A DNA stretch of 63,744 nucleotides, counting the filler, from Raillietiella orientalis (lineage: Eukaryota): NCBI GenBank assembly GCA_036172245.1. It is 3 parts of 3 records of this genome, joined end to end, with 100 filler letters (N's around TTAATTAATTAA, not from the genome) between each part and the next. Parts side by side here need not be neighbours in the genome. Positions count along the whole stretch, not along the records: positions 23,556 to 46,930 come from JAYWIR010000229.1; positions 47,031 to 63,744 come from JAYWIR010000251.1; 1 more part is not named here. One strand, 5' to 3'. A program made the position numbers and the translations under genes. The notes beneath the pieces are model-generated. The model was not told the DNA's origin. It worked only from the letters and a program-made list of their open reading frames with translations, and searched no databases. Below, piece after piece: positions 38,501 through 53,000 of this stretch; positions within the stretch are counted from its first letter, which is position 1, and each line of letters starts with the position of its first letter.

Positions 38501-41500
38501 TGGTTGGAATCAATCTATTTCCTCTTCCAGCATAGAAATAAAATCTTCAAAGTGCATCAAACAAATTCCTCTATCTTTTTTATTTCCAATGTGGTGTTTT
38601 CCGTCCAAATCTCCGCACTTGCATGTAAACGACCATGGCCGCTTCCCGATGAATTCGGTCGCAATCCTGAGACATCGAAATGGTTGGAATCAATCTACTT
38701 CGTCTTCCAGCATAGAAATAGAATCTTCAAAATGCATCACAGAAATTCCTCTATGTTTTCTATTTTCAATGTGGTGTTTTCCGTCCAAATCTTCGCACTT
38801 GCACCAAAACGACCATGGCCGCTTCCCGATGAATTCGCTCGCAATCCTGAGACCTCAAAATGGTTGGAAGCCATCTACTTCCACTCCCAGCATAGAGATA
38901 AAATCATCAAAGTGCATCAAACAAATTCCTCTATCTTTTTTATTTCCAATGTGGTGTTTTCCTTCCAAATCTCCGCACTTGCATGTAAACGACCATGGCC
39001 GCTTCCCGATGAATTCGGTCGCAATCCTGAGACATCAAAATGGTTGGAATCAATCTACTTCCTCTTCCAGCATAGAAATAGAATCTTCAAAATGCATGAC
39101 AGAAATTCCTCTATGTTTTCTATTTCGAATGTGGTGTTTTCCTTCCAAATCTCCACACTAGCACCAAAACGACCATGGCCGTTTCCCGATGAATTCGGTC
39201 GCAATCCTGAGACATCAAAATGGTTGGAAGCAATCTACTTCCACTTCCTGCATCCAAATAGAATCTTCAAAGTGGATAAAAAAAATTCCTTTATCTGTTC
39301 TATTTCCAATGTGGTGTTTTCCGTACAAATTTCCGCACTTGCACCAAAATGACCATGGCCGGGTCCCGATTAATTCGGTCGCAATCCTGAGACATCAAAA
39401 CGGTTGGAATCAATCTACTTCGTCTTCCAGCATAGAAATTGAATCTTCAAAATGCATCACAGAAATTCCTCTATGTTTTCTATTTCCAGTGTGGTGTTTT
39501 CCGTCCAAATCTCCGCACTTGCACCAAAACGACCATGGCCGGTTCCCGATGAATTCGGTCGCAATCCTGAGACATCAAAATGGTTGGAATCAATCTACTT
39601 CCACTTCCAGCATAGAAATAGAATCTTCAAAATGCATCAAATGAATTCCTCTATCTTTTCTATTTCCAATGTGGTGTTTTCCGTCCAAATCTTCGCACTT
39701 GCACCAACACGACATGGCCGGTTCCGGATGAATTCGGTCGCAAGCCTGAAACATGAAAATGGTTGGAAGCTGTCTACTTCCACTTCCAGCATAGAAATAG
39801 AATCTTCAAAATGCATCAAAGAAATTCCTCTATCTTTTCTATTTCCAATGTGGTGTTTTCCGTCCAAATCTCCGCACTTGCACAAAATCGACCATGGCCG
39901 GTTCCCGATGAATTCGGAAGCAATCCTGAGACATCAAAATTGTTGGAAGCAATCTACTTCGTCTTCCAGCATAGAAATAGAATCTTCAAAATGCATCACA
40001 AAAATTCCTCTATGTTTTCTATTTCCAATGTGGTGTTTTCCTTCCAAATCTTCGCACTTGCACCAACACGACCATGGCCGGTTCCGGATGAACTCGGTCG
40101 CAATCCTGAGATATCAAAATGGTTGGAATCAATCTACTTCCTCTTCCAGCATAGAAATAGAATCCTCAGAATGCATCAAAAAAATTCCACTATCTTTTCT
40201 ATTTCCAATGTGGTGTTTTCCGTCCAAATCTCCGCACTTGCACCAAAACGACCATGGTCGCTTCCCGATGAATTCGGTCGCAATCCTGAGACATCAAAAT
40301 GGTTGGAATCAATCTACTTCGTCTTCCAGCACAAAAAAAGAATCATCAAAATGCATCACAAAAATTCCTCTATCTTTTCTATTTTCAATGTGGTGTGTTC
40401 CGTTTAAATCTTCGCACTTGCACCAAAACGACCATGGTCGCTTCCCGATGAATTCGGTCGCAATCGTTAGACCTCAAAATGGCTGCAAGCAATCTACTTC
40501 CACTCCCAGCATAGAAATAGAATCTTTAAAGTGCATCCAAAAAATTCCTCAATCTTTTCTATTTCCAATGTGGTGTTTTCCGTCCAAATCTCCGCACTTG
40601 TACCTAAACGACCATGGCCGGTTCCCGATTATTTCGGTCGCAATCCTTAGACATCAAAATGGTTGGAATCAATCCACTTCGACTTCCAGCACAGAAATAG
40701 AATCTTCAAAATGCATCACAAAAATTCCTCTATGTTTTCTATTTCCATTGTGGTGTTTTCCGTCCAAATCTTCGCACTTGAATCAAAACGACCATGGCCG
40801 GTTCCCGATGAATTCGGTCGCAATCCTGAGACATCGAAATGGTTGGAATCAATCTACTTCGTCTTCCAGCATAGAAATAGAATCTTCAAAATGCATCAAA
40901 GAAATTCCTCTATCTTTTCTATTTCCAATGTGATGTTTTCCGTCCAAATCTCCGCACTAGCACCAAAACGACCATGGTCGGTTCCCGATGAATTCGGTCG
41001 CAATCCTGAGACATCAAAATGGTTGGAATCAATCCACTTCGTTTTCCAGCGCAGAAATAGAATCTTCAAAATGCATCAAAGAAATTTCTCTATGTTTTCT
41101 ATTTCCATTGTGGTGTTTTCCGTCCAAATCTTCGCACTTGCACCAAAACGACCATGGCCGGTTCCCGATGAAGTCGGTCGCAATCCTGAGACATCGAAAT
41201 GGTTGGAATCAATCTACTTCGTCTTCCAGCATAGAAATAGAATCTTCAAAATGCATCACAGAAATTCCTCTATGTTTTCTATTTCCAATGTGGTGTTTTC
41301 CGTCCAAATCTTCGCACTTGCACCAAAACGACCATGGCCGCTTCCCGATGAATTCGCTCGCAATCCTGAGACATCAAAATGGTTGGAAACCATCTACTTC
41401 CACTGCATAGAGATAAAATCATCAAAGTGCATCAAACAAATTTCACTCTATCTTTTTTATTTCCAATGTGGTGTTTTCCGTCCAAATCTCCGCACTTGCA

Positions 41501-44500
41501 TGTAAACGATATGGTCGCCTCCGGTAATTCGGAAGGAGATCACCAAGACGCATCAAATGGTTGGAATCAATCCACTTCGTCTTCCAGCACAGAAATAGAA
41601 TCTTCAAAATGCATCAAATGAATTCCTCTATCTTTTCTATTTCGAATGTGGATGTTTTCCGTCCAAAACTTCGCACTTGCACCAAAACGAACATGGCCGG
41701 TTCCCGATGAATTTGGTCGCAATCCTGAGACATCAAAATGGTTGGAATCAATCTACTTCGTCTTCCAGCATAGAAATAGAATCTTCAGAATGCATCACAA
41801 AAATTCCTCTATGTTTTCTATTTCCAATGTGGTGTTTTCCGTCCAAAACTTCGCACTTGCCCCAAAACGAACATGGCCGGTTCCCGATTATTTCGGTCGC
41901 AATCCTTAGACATCAAAATGGTTGGAATCAATCCACTTCGACTTCCAGCACAGAAATAGAATCTTCAAAATGCATCACAAAAATTCCTCTATGTTTTCTA
42001 TTTCCAATGTGGTGTTTTCCGTCCAAAACTTCGCACTTGCACCAAAACGAACATGGCCGGTTACCGATGAATTTGGTCGCAATCCTGAGACATCAAAATG
42101 GTTGGAATCAATCTACTTCCACTTCCAGCATAGAAATAGAATCTTCAAAATGCATCAAATGAATTCCTCTATCTTTTCTATTTCCAATGTGGTGTTTTCC
42201 GTCCAAATCTCCACACTTGCACCAAATCGACCATGGCCGGTTCCCGATGAATTCGGAAGCAATCCTGAGACATCAAAATGGTTGGAATCAATCTACTTCC
42301 ACTTCCAGCATAGAAATAGAATCTTCAAAATGCATCAAAGAAATTCCTCTATCTTTTCTATTTCCAATGTGGTATTTTCCATCCAAATCTCCGCACTTGC
42401 ACCAAAACGACCATGGCCGGTTCCCGAAGAATTCGGTCGAAATCCTGAGACCTCAAAATGGTTGGAAGCTGTCTACTTCCACTTCCAGCATAAGTAGTAT
42501 CTTCGATGCGTCAAAGCATCAGCATACAGCAGCACGGCATGGCTGCCTGCAGACAAAACTGAAAAGATATGGCCAGTTCCAGTGAACAGGCAAAATCCTG
42601 AGACCTCAGAAATGGCTGAAGCATTCCACTTCCAGCATAGAAATAGAATCTTCAAAATGCATCAAAGAAATTCCTCTATCTTTTCTATTTTTAATGTGGT
42701 GTTTTCCGTCCAAATCTCCGCACTTGCACCAAATCGACCATGGCCGGTTCCCGATGAATTCGGTAGCAATCCTGAGACATCAAAATGGTTGGAAGCAATC
42801 TACTTCGTCTTCCAGCATAGAAATAGAATCTTCAGAATGCATCAAAAAAATTCCTCTATGTTTTCTATTTCCAATGTGGTGTTTTCCTTCTAAATCTCCG
42901 CACTTGCACCAAAACGACCATGGCCGGTTCCGGATGAATTCGGTCGCATGCCTGAGACATGAAAATGGTTGGAAGCTGTCTACTTCCACTTCCAGCATAG
43001 AAATAGAATGTTCAAAATGCATCAAAGAAATTCCTCAATCTTTTCTATTTCCAATGTGATGTTTTCCGTCCAAATCTCCGCACTTGCACCAAAACGACCA
43101 TGGCCGGTTCCCGAAGAATTCGGTCGAAATCCTGAGACCTCAGAATGGTTGGAAGCTGTCTACTTCAACTTCCAGCATAGAAATAGAATCTTTAAAATGG
43201 ATCAAATGAATTCCTCTATCTTTTCTATTTCCAATGTGGTGTTTTCCGTCCAAATCTCCGCACTTGCACCAAATCGACCATGGCCGGTTCCCGATGAATT
43301 CGGAACCAATCCTGAGACATCAAAATGGTTGGAATCAATCTAGTTCCACTTCCAGCATAGAAATAGAATCTTCAAAATGCATCAAAGAAATTCGTCTATC
43401 TTTTCTATTTCCAATGTGGTATTTTCCATCCAAATCTCCGCACTTGCACCAAAACGACCATGGCCGGTTCCCGAAGAATTCGGTCGAAATCCTGAGACCT
43501 CAAAATGGTTGGAAGCTGTCTACTTCCACTTCCAGCATAGAAATAGTATCTTCAAAATGCATCAAAGAAATTCCTCTATCTTTTCTATTTCCAATGTGGT
43601 ATTTTCCGTCCAAATCTCCGCACTTGCACCAAAACGACCATGGCCGGTTCCCGATGAATTCGCTCGAAATCCTGAGACCTCAAAATGGTTGGAAGCTGTC
43701 TACTTCCACTTCCAGCATAGAAATAGAATCTTCAGAATGCATCAAAGAAATTCCTCTATCTTTTCTATTTCCAATGTGGTGTTTTCCGTCCAAATCTCCG
43801 CACTTGCACCTAAACCACCATGGCAGCTTCCCGAAGAATTCGGTCGCAATCCTGAGACATCAAAATGGTTGGAATCAATCTACTTCGTCTTCCAGCATGA
43901 AAATAGAATCTTCAAAATGCATCACAAAAAATTCCTCTATGTTTTTTCTATTTCCAATGTGGTGTTTCTCTGCCAAATCTTCCTTGCCTGCTGTTCTATG
44001 GCCGGTTCCCGATGAACTCGGTCGCAATCCTGAGACATCAAAATAGATGGAATCAATCTACTCGCACTTCCTGCATTGAGATAGAATCTTCAAAGTGCAT
44101 TAAACAAATTCCTCTATCTTTTCTATTTCCAATGTGGTGTTTTCCGTCCAAATCTCCGCACTTGCATATAAACGACCATGGCCGCTTCCCGATGAATTCG
44201 GTCGCAATCCTGAGACATCAAAATGGTTGGAATCAATCTACTTCCTCTTCCAGCATAGAAATAGAATCTTCAAAATGCATCAAAAATTCCACTATCTTTT
44301 CTATTTCCAATGTGGTGTTTTCCGTCCAAATCTCCAAACTTGCATGTACACGACCATGGCCGCTTCCCGATGAATTCGGTCGCAATCCTGAGACATCAAA
44401 ATGGTTGGAATCAATCAATTTCCTCTTCCAGCATAGAAATAGAATCTTCAAAATGCATCAAATGAATACCTCTATCTTTTCTATTTTCAATGTGGTGTGT

Positions 44501-46930
44501 TCCGTCCAAATCTCCGCACATGCATGTAAACGACCATGGCCGCTTCCCGATGAATTCGGTCGCAATCCTGAGACCTCAAAATGGTTGGAAGCAATCTACT
44601 TCCACTTCCAGGATAGAGATAGAATCTTCAAAGTGCATCAAAAAAATTCCTCTATCTTTTTTATTTCCAATGTGGTGTTTTCCGTCCAAATCTCCGCACT
44701 TGCATGTAAACGACCATGGTCGCCTCCCGATGAATTCGGAAGGAATCCTGAGACATCAAAATGGTTGGAATCAATCCACTTCGTCTTCCAGCACAGAAAT
44801 AGAATCTTCAAAATGCATCAAATGAATTCCTCTATCTTTTCTATTTCGAATGTGGTGTTTTCCGTCCAAATCTTCGCACTTGCACCAACACGACCATGGC
44901 CGTTATCGGATGAATTCGGTCGCAATCCTGAGACATCGAAATGGTTGGAATCAATCTACTTCGTCTTCCTGCATAGAAATAGAATCTTCAAAATGCATCA
45001 AAGAAATTCCTCTATGTTTTCTATTTCCAATGTGGTGTTTTGCGTCCAAATCTCCGCACTTGCATGTAAACGACCATAGCCGCTTCCCGATGAATTCGGT
45101 CGCATAAATGAGACATCGAAATGGTTGGAATCAATATACTTCGTCTTCCAGCATAGAAATAGAATCTTCAGAATGCATCACAAAAATTCCTCTATGTTTT
45201 CTATTTCCAATGTGGTGTTTTCCGTCCAAAACTTCGCACTTGCACCAAAACGAACATGGCCGGTTCCCGATGAATTTGGTCGCAATCCTGAGACATAAAA
45301 ATGGTTGGATTCAATCTACTTCCACTTCCAGCTTAGAAATAGAATCTTCAAAATGCATCAAATGAATTCCTCTATCTTTTCTATTTCCAATGTGGTGTTT
45401 TCCGTCCAAATCTTCGCACTTGCACCATCACGACCATGGCCGGTTCCGGATGAATTCGGTCGCAAGCCTGAAACATGAAAATGGTTGGAAGCTGTCTACT
45501 TCCACTTCCAGCATAGAAATAGAATCTTCAAAATGCATCAAAGAAATTCCTCTATCTTTTCTTTTTCCAATGTGATGTTTTCCGTCCAAATCTCCGCACT
45601 TGCACCAAAACGACCATGGCCGGTTCCCGAAGAATTCGGTCGAAATCCTGAGACCTCAAAATAGTTGAAAGCTGTCTACTTCCACTTTCAGCATAGAAAT
45701 AGAATCTTCAAAATGCATCAAAGAAATTCCTCTATCTTTTCTATTTCCAATGTGGTATTTTCCGTCCAAATCTCCGCACTTGCACCAAAACGACCATGGC
45801 CGGTTCCCGAAGAATTCGGTCGAAATCCTGAGACCTCAAAATGGTTGGAGGCTGTCTACTTCCACTTCCAGCATAGAAATAGAATCTTCAAAATGCATCA
45901 AAGAAATTCCTCTATCTTTTCTATTTCCAATGTGGTATTTTCCGTCCAAATCTCCGCACTTGCACCAAAACGACCATGGCCGGTTCCCGAAGAATTCGGT
46001 CGAAATCTTGAGACCTCAAAATGGTTGGAAGCTGTCTACTTCCACTTTCAGCAGAGAAATAGAATCTTTAAAATGCATCAAAGAAATTCCTCTATCTTTT
46101 CTATTTCCAATGTGGTGTTTTCCTTCCAAATCTCCGCACTTGCACCAAAACGACCATGGCCGGTTCCCGAAGAATTCGGTCGAAATCTTGAGACCTCAAA
46201 ATGGTTGGAAGCTGTCTACTTCCGCTTCAGCATAGAAATAGAATCTTCAAAATGCATCACAAAAATTCCTCTATGTTTCTATTTCCAATGTGGTGTTTTC
46301 CGTCCAAATCTCCGCACTTGCACCAACACGACCATGGCCGGTTCCCGAAGAATTCGGTCGAAATCCTGAGACCTCAAAATGGTTGGAAGCTGTCTACTTC
46401 CACTTCCAGCATAGAAATAGAATCTTTAAAATGCATCAAAGAAATTCGTCTATCTTTTCTTTTTCCAATGTTATATTTTCCGTCCAAATCTCCGCACTTG
46501 CACCAAAACGACCATGGCCGGTTCCCGAAGAATTCGGTCGAAATCCTGAGACCTCAAAATGGTTGGAAGCTGTCTACTTCCACTTCCAGCATAGAAATAG
46601 AATCTTCAAAATGCATCAAAAAAATTCTTATATCTTTTCTATTTCCAATGTGGTATTTTCCGTCCAAATCTCCGCACTTCCACCAAAACGACCATGGCCG
46701 GTTCCCGAAGAATTCGGTCGAAATCTTGAGACCTCAAAATGGTTGGAAGCTGTCTACTTCCACTTCCAGCATAGAAATAGAATCTTCAAAATGCATCAAA
46801 GAAATTCCTCTATCTTTTCTATTTCCAATGTGGTGTTTTCCTTCCAAATCTCCGCACTTGCACCAAAACGACCATAGCCGGTTCCGGATGAATTCGGTCG
46901 CATGCCTGAGATATGAAAATGGTTGGAAGC
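23556..46930 (+). repeat. 180-bp tandem satellite array, about 130 monomers
   Basis: The monomer ...TTTCCAATGTGGTGTTTTCCGTCCAAATCTCCGCACTTGCACCAAAACGACCATGGCCGGTTCCCGATGAATTCGGTCGCAATCCTGAGACATCAAAATGGTTGGAATCAATCTACTTCCACTTCCAGCATAGAAATAGAATCTTCAAAATGCATCAAAGAAATTCCTCTATCTTTTCTA repeats every three 60-bp lines and fills the whole contig. Confidence 0.99.
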
Positions 46931-47030
46931 NNNNNNNNNNNNNNNNNNNNNNNNNNNNNNNNNNNNNNNNNNNNTTAATTAATTAANNNNNNNNNNNNNN
47001 NNNNNNNNNNNNNNNNNNNNNNNNNNNNNN
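46931..47030. other. Artificial contig spacer (44 N + TTAATTAATTAA + 44 N)
   Basis: Identical 100-bp structure, with the linker at 46975-46986. Confidence 0.98.
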
Positions 47031-50000
47031 AGTGTTTGGTGATTTCAAATCATTTTCTATGTTGTCGATTCCATCGATGCGCTCCTTCCGAGCATCCGAA
47101 CGGTTTCCGTCCCCTTTGGATGCAAATGCACCTTAATCACATCCCCACTTCATCCGAACCCCTCCCTCCAGGAGAAGAAATCATAAGAGAACCGACCTAA
47201 TTTCAAGAGGGTAGGATTGGTCTTAGTCTGGTTTTCATGGCAACCATTTTTGCAATGCAAAGTTCAGTTTTTCTCCATCTTCCTTTTTTCAGTGCAAATT
47301 TGCAGTGTTTGGTGATTTCAAATCATTTTCTATGATGTCGATTCCTTCGATGCGCTCCTTCCGAGCATCCGAACGGATTCCTTCCCCTTTGGATGCAAAT
47401 ACACCTTTATCACATCCTGACTTCTTCCGAATCCCTTGCTCCACGAGAAGAAATCATAGTAGAATCAACCTAATTTCAAGAGAAGAGGATTGGTGTTAGT
47501 CTTGTTTTCATGGCAACCATTTTTGGAATGCAGAGATCAAGTTTTTTTCCCTCCATGTTCCTTTTTTCAGTGCAAATTTGCAGTGTTTGGTGATTTCAAA
47601 TCATTTTCTATGTCGTCGATTCCATCGATGCGCTCCTTCCGAGCATCCGAACGGTTTCCGTCCACTTTGGAAGCAAATGCACCTTAATCACATCCCCACT
47701 TCATCCGAATCCCTCCCTCCAGGAGAAGTAATCATAAGAGAACCGACCGAATTTCAAGAGAAGAGGATTGGTCTTAGTCTGGTTTTCATGGCAACCATTT
47801 TTGCAATTCACAGATCACGTTTTTTTCCCTCCATCTGACTTTTTTCAGTGCAAATTTGCAGTGTTTGGTGATTTCAAATCATTTTCTATGATGTCGATTC
47901 CATCGATGCGCTCCTTCCGAGCATCCGAACGGTTTCCGTCCACTTTGGATGCAAATGCACCTTAATCACATCCCCACTTCATCCGAATCCCTCCCTCCAG
48001 GAGAAGAAATCATAAGAGAACCGACCTAATTTCAAGATGGTAGGATTGGTCTTAGTCTGGTTTTCATGGCAACCATTTTTGCAATGCACAGTTTAAGTTT
48101 TTTTCCGTCCACCTTGCTTTTTTCAGTGCAAATTTGCAGTGCTTGGTGATTTCAAATCATTTTCTATGATGTCGATTCCATCGATGCGCTCCTTCCGAGT
48201 ATCCGAACGGTTTCCTTCCCCTTTGGATGCAAATGCACCTTAATCACATCCCCACTTCATCCGAATCCCTTCCTCCACGAGAAGATATCATAAGAGAACC
48301 GACCTAATTTCAAGAGGGGAGGATTGGTCTTAGTCTGGTTTTCATGGCAACCATTTTTGCAATGCAGAGTTCAAGTTTTTTTCCCTCCACCTTTCTTTTT
48401 TCAGTGCAAATTTGCAGTGTTTGGTGATTTCAAATCATTTTCTATGATGGCGATTCCATCGATGCCCTCCTTCCGAGCATCCGAACGCTTTCCGTCCCCT
48501 TTGGATGCAAATGCACCTTAATCACATCCCCACTTCATCCGAATCCCTTCCTCCACGAGAAGATATCATAAGAGAACCGACCTAATTTCAAGAAGGGAGG
48601 ATTAGTCTTAGTCTGGTTTTCATGGCAACCATTTTTGCAATTCAAAGATCAAGTTTTTTTTTCTCCATCTTCCTTTTTTCAGTGCAAATTTGCAGTGCTT
48701 GGTGATTTCAAATCATTTTCTATGATGTCGAATCCATCGATGCGCTCCTTCCGAGCATCCGAACGGATTCCGTCCCCTTTGGATGCAAATGCACCTTAAT
48801 CACATCCCCACTTCATCCGAACCCCTCCCTCCAGGAGAAGAAATCATAAGAGAACCGACCTAATTTCAAGAGGGTAGGATTGGTCTTAGTCTGGCTTTCA
48901 AGGCAACCATTTTTGCAATGCGCAGTTCAGGTTTTTTTCCCTCCACCTTCCTTTTTTCAGTGAAAATTTGCAGTGTTTGGTGATTTCAAATCATTTTCTA
49001 TGATGTCGATTCCTTCGATGCGCTCCTTCCGAGCATCCGAACGGATTCCTTCCCCTTTGGATGCAAATACACCTTTATCACATCCTGACTTCTTCCGAAT
49101 CCATCCCTCCAGGAGAAGTAATCATAAGAGAACCGACCGAATTTCAAGAGAAGAGGATTGGTCTTAGTCTGGTTTTCATGGCAACCATTTTTGCAATTCA
49201 CAGATCACGTTTTTTTCCCTCCATCTGACTTTTTTCAGTGCAAATTTGCCGTGTTTGGTGATTTCAAATCATTTTCTATGATGTCGATTCCATCGATGCC
49301 CTCCTTCCGAGCATCCGAACGGTTTCCGTCCACTTTGGATGGAAATGCACCTTAATCACATCCCCACTTCATCCGAATCCCTCCCTCCAGGAGAAGAAAT
49401 CATAAGAGAACCGACCTAATTTCAAGATGGTAGGATTGGTCTTAGTCTGGTTTTCATGGCAACCATTTTTGCAATGCACAGTTTAAGTTTTTTTCCGTCC
49501 ACCTTGCTTTTTTCAGTGCAAATTTGCAGTGCTTGGTGATTTCAAATCATTTTCTATGATGTCGATTCCATCGATGCGCTCCTTCCGAGTATCCGAACGG
49601 TTTCCTTCCCCTTTGGATGCAAATGCACCTTAATCACATCCCCACTTCATCCGAATCCCTTCCTCCACGAGAAGATATCATAAGAGAACCGACCTAATTT
49701 CAAGAGGGGAGGATTGGTCTTAGTCTGGTTTTCATGGCAACCATTTTTGCAATGCAGAGTTCAAGTTTTTTTCCCTCCACCTTTCTTTTTTCAGTGCAAA
49801 TTTGCAGTGTTTGGTGAGTTCAAATCATTTTCTATGATGGCGATTCCATCGATGCCCTCCTTCCGAGCATCCGAACGCTTTCCGTCCCCTTTGGATGCAA
49901 ATGCACCTTAATCACATCCCCACTTCATCCGAATCCCTTCCTCCACGAGAAGATATCATAAGAGAACCGACCTAATTTCAAGAAGGGAGGATTAGTCTTA

Positions 50001-53000
50001 GTCTGGTTTTCATGGCAACCATTTTTGCAATTCAAAGATCAAGTTTTTTTTTCTCCATCTTCCTTTTTTCAGTGCAAATTTGCAGTGCTTGGTGATTTCA
50101 AATCATTTTCTATGATGTCGAATCCATCGATGCGCTCCTTCCGAGCATCCGAACGGATTCCGTCCCCTTTGGATGCAAATGCACCTTAATCACATCCCCA
50201 CTTCATCCGAACCCCTCCCTCCAGGAGAAGAAATCATAAGAGAACCGACCTAATTTCAAGAGGGTAGGATTGGTCTTAGTCTGGCTTTCAAGGCAACCAT
50301 TTTTGCAATGCGCAGTTCAGGTTTTTTTCCCTCCACCTTCCTTTTTTCAGTGAAAATTTGCAGTGTTTGGTGATTTCAAATCATTTTCTATGATGTCGAT
50401 TCCTTCGATGCGCTCCTTCCGAGCATCCGAACGGATTCCTTCCCCTTTGGATGCAAATACACCTTTATCACATCCTGACTTCTTCCGAATCCATCCCTCC
50501 AGGAGAAGTAATCATAAGAGAACCGACCGAATTTCAAGAGAAGAGGATTGGTCTTAGTCTGGTTTTCATGGCAACCATTTTTGCAATTCACAGATCACGT
50601 TTTTTTCCCTCCATCTGACTTTTTTCAGTGCAAATTTGCCGTGTTTGGTGATTTCAAATCATTTTCTATGATGTCGATTCCATCGATGCCCTCCTTCCGA
50701 GCATCCGAACGGTTTCCGTCCACTTTGGATGGAAATGCACCTTAATCACATCCCCACTTCATCCGAATCCCTCCCTCCAGGAGAAGAAATCATAAGAGAA
50801 CCGACCTAATTTCAAGATGGTAGGATTGGTCTTAGTCTGGTTTTCATGGCAACCATTTTTGCAATGCACAGTTTAAGTTTTTTTCCGTCCACCTTGCTTT
50901 TTTCAGTGCAAATTTGCAGTGCTTGGTGATTTCAAATCATTTTCTATGATGTCGATTCCATCGATGCGCTCCTTCCGAGTATCCGAACGGTTTCCTTCCC
51001 CTTTGGATGCAAATGCACCTTAATCACATCCCCACTTCATCCGAATCCCTTCCTCCACGAGAAGATATCATAAGAGAACCGACCTAATTTCAAGAGGGGA
51101 GGATTGGTCTTAGTCTGGTTTTCATGGCAACCATTTTTGCAATGCAGAGTTCAAGTTTTTTTCCCTCCACCTTTCTTTTTTCAGTGCAAATTTGCAGTGT
51201 TTGGTGAGTTCAAATCATTTTCTATGATGGCGATTCCATCGATGCCCTCCTTCCGAGCATCCGAACGCTTTCCGTCCCCTTTGGATGCAAATGCACCTTA
51301 ATCACATCCCCACTTCATCCGAATCCCTTCCTCCACGAGAAGATATCATAAGAGAACCGACCTAATTTCAAGAAGGGAGGATTAGTCTTAGTCTGGTTTT
51401 CATGGCAACCATTTTTGCAATTCAAAGATCAAGTTTTTTTTTCTCCATCTTCCTTTTTTCAGTGCAAATTTGCAGTGCTTGGTGATTTCAAATCATTTTC
51501 TATGATGTCGAATCCATCGATGCGCTCCTTCCGAGCATCCGAACGGATTCCGTCCCCTTTGGATGCAAATGCACCTTAATCACATCCCCACTTCATCCGA
51601 ACCCCTCCCTCCAGGAGAAGAAATCATAAGAGAACCGACCTAATTTCAAGAGGGTAGGATTGGTCTTAGTCTGGCTTTCAAGGCAACCATTTTTGCAATG
51701 CGCAGTTCAGGTTTTTTTCCCTCCACCTTCCTTTTTTCAGTGAAAATTTGCAGTGTTTGGTGATTTCAAATCATTTTCTATGATGTCGATTCCTTCGATG
51801 CGCTCCTTCCGAGCATCCGAACGGATTCCTTCCCCTTTGGATGCAAATACACCTTTATCACATCCTGACTTCTTCCGAATCCATCCCTCCAGGAGAAGTA
51901 ATCATAAGAGAACCGACCGAATTTCAAGAGAAGAGGATTGGTCTTAGTCTGGTTTTCATGGCAACCATTTTTGCAATTCACAGATCACGTTTTTTTCCCT
52001 CCATCTGACTTTTTTCAGTGCAAATTTGCCGTGTTTGGTGATTTCAAATCATTTTCTATGATGTCGATTCCATCGATGCCCTCCTTCCGAGCATCCGAAC
52101 GGTTTCCGTCCACTTTGGATGGAAATGCACCTTAATCACATCCCCACTTCATCCGAATCCCTCCCTCCAGGAGAAGAAATCATAAGAGAACCGACCTAAT
52201 TTCAAGATGGTAGGATTGGTCTTAGTCTGGTTTTCATGGCAACCATTTTTGCAATGCACAGTTTAAGTTTTTTTCCGTCCACCTTGCTTTTTTCAGTGCA
52301 AATTTGCAGTGCTTGGTGATTTCAAATCATTTTCTATGATGTCGATTCCATCGATGCGCTCCTTCCGAGTATCCGAACGGTTTCCTTCCCCTTTGGATGC
52401 AAATGCACCTTAATCACATCCCCACTTCATCCGAATCCCTTCCTCCACGAGAAGATATCATAAGAGAACCGACCTAATTTCAAGAGGGGAGGATTGGTCT
52501 TAGTCTGGTTTTCATGGCAACCATTTTTGCAATGCAGAGTTCAAGTTTTTTTCCCTCCACCTTTCTTTTTTCAGTGCAAATTTGCAGTGTTTGGTGATTT
52601 CAAATCATTTTCTATGATGGCGATTCCATCGATGCCCTCCTTCCGAGCATCCGAACGCTTTCCGTCCCCTTTGGATGCAAATGCACCTTAATCACATCCC
52701 CACTTCATCCGAATCCCTTCCTCCACGAGAAGATATCATAAGAGAACCGACCTAATTTCAAGAAGGGAGGATTAGTCTTAGTCTGGTTTTCATGGCAACC
52801 ATTTTTGCAATTCAAAGATCAAGTTTTTTTTTCTCCATCTTCCTTTTTTCAGTGCAAATTTGCAGTGCTTGGTGATTTCAAATCATTTTCTATGATGTCG
52901 AATCCATCGATGCGCTCCTTCCGAGCATCCGAACGGATTCCGTCCCCTTTGGATGCAAATGCACCTTAATCACATCCCCACTTCATCCGAATCCCTTCCT

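Noticed and set aside
37740..44100. Locally scrambled monomers (~37880-38090, 41400-41560, 42490-42625, 43940-44100) as insertions
   Set aside because: They are short indel-rich patches that stay roughly in register with the monomer, typical of low-coverage long-read consensus error. The same caution applies to the (CA)17 patch at 57248-57375.
23579..46986. Long repetitive ORFs (up to 951 aa) in two + frames of the 180-bp array
   Set aside because: The monomer length is a multiple of 3 and happens to lack stops in two frames. Monomer variants introduce stops and frameshifts freely in both frames, with no unique N- or C-terminus and no sign of codon-level constraint.
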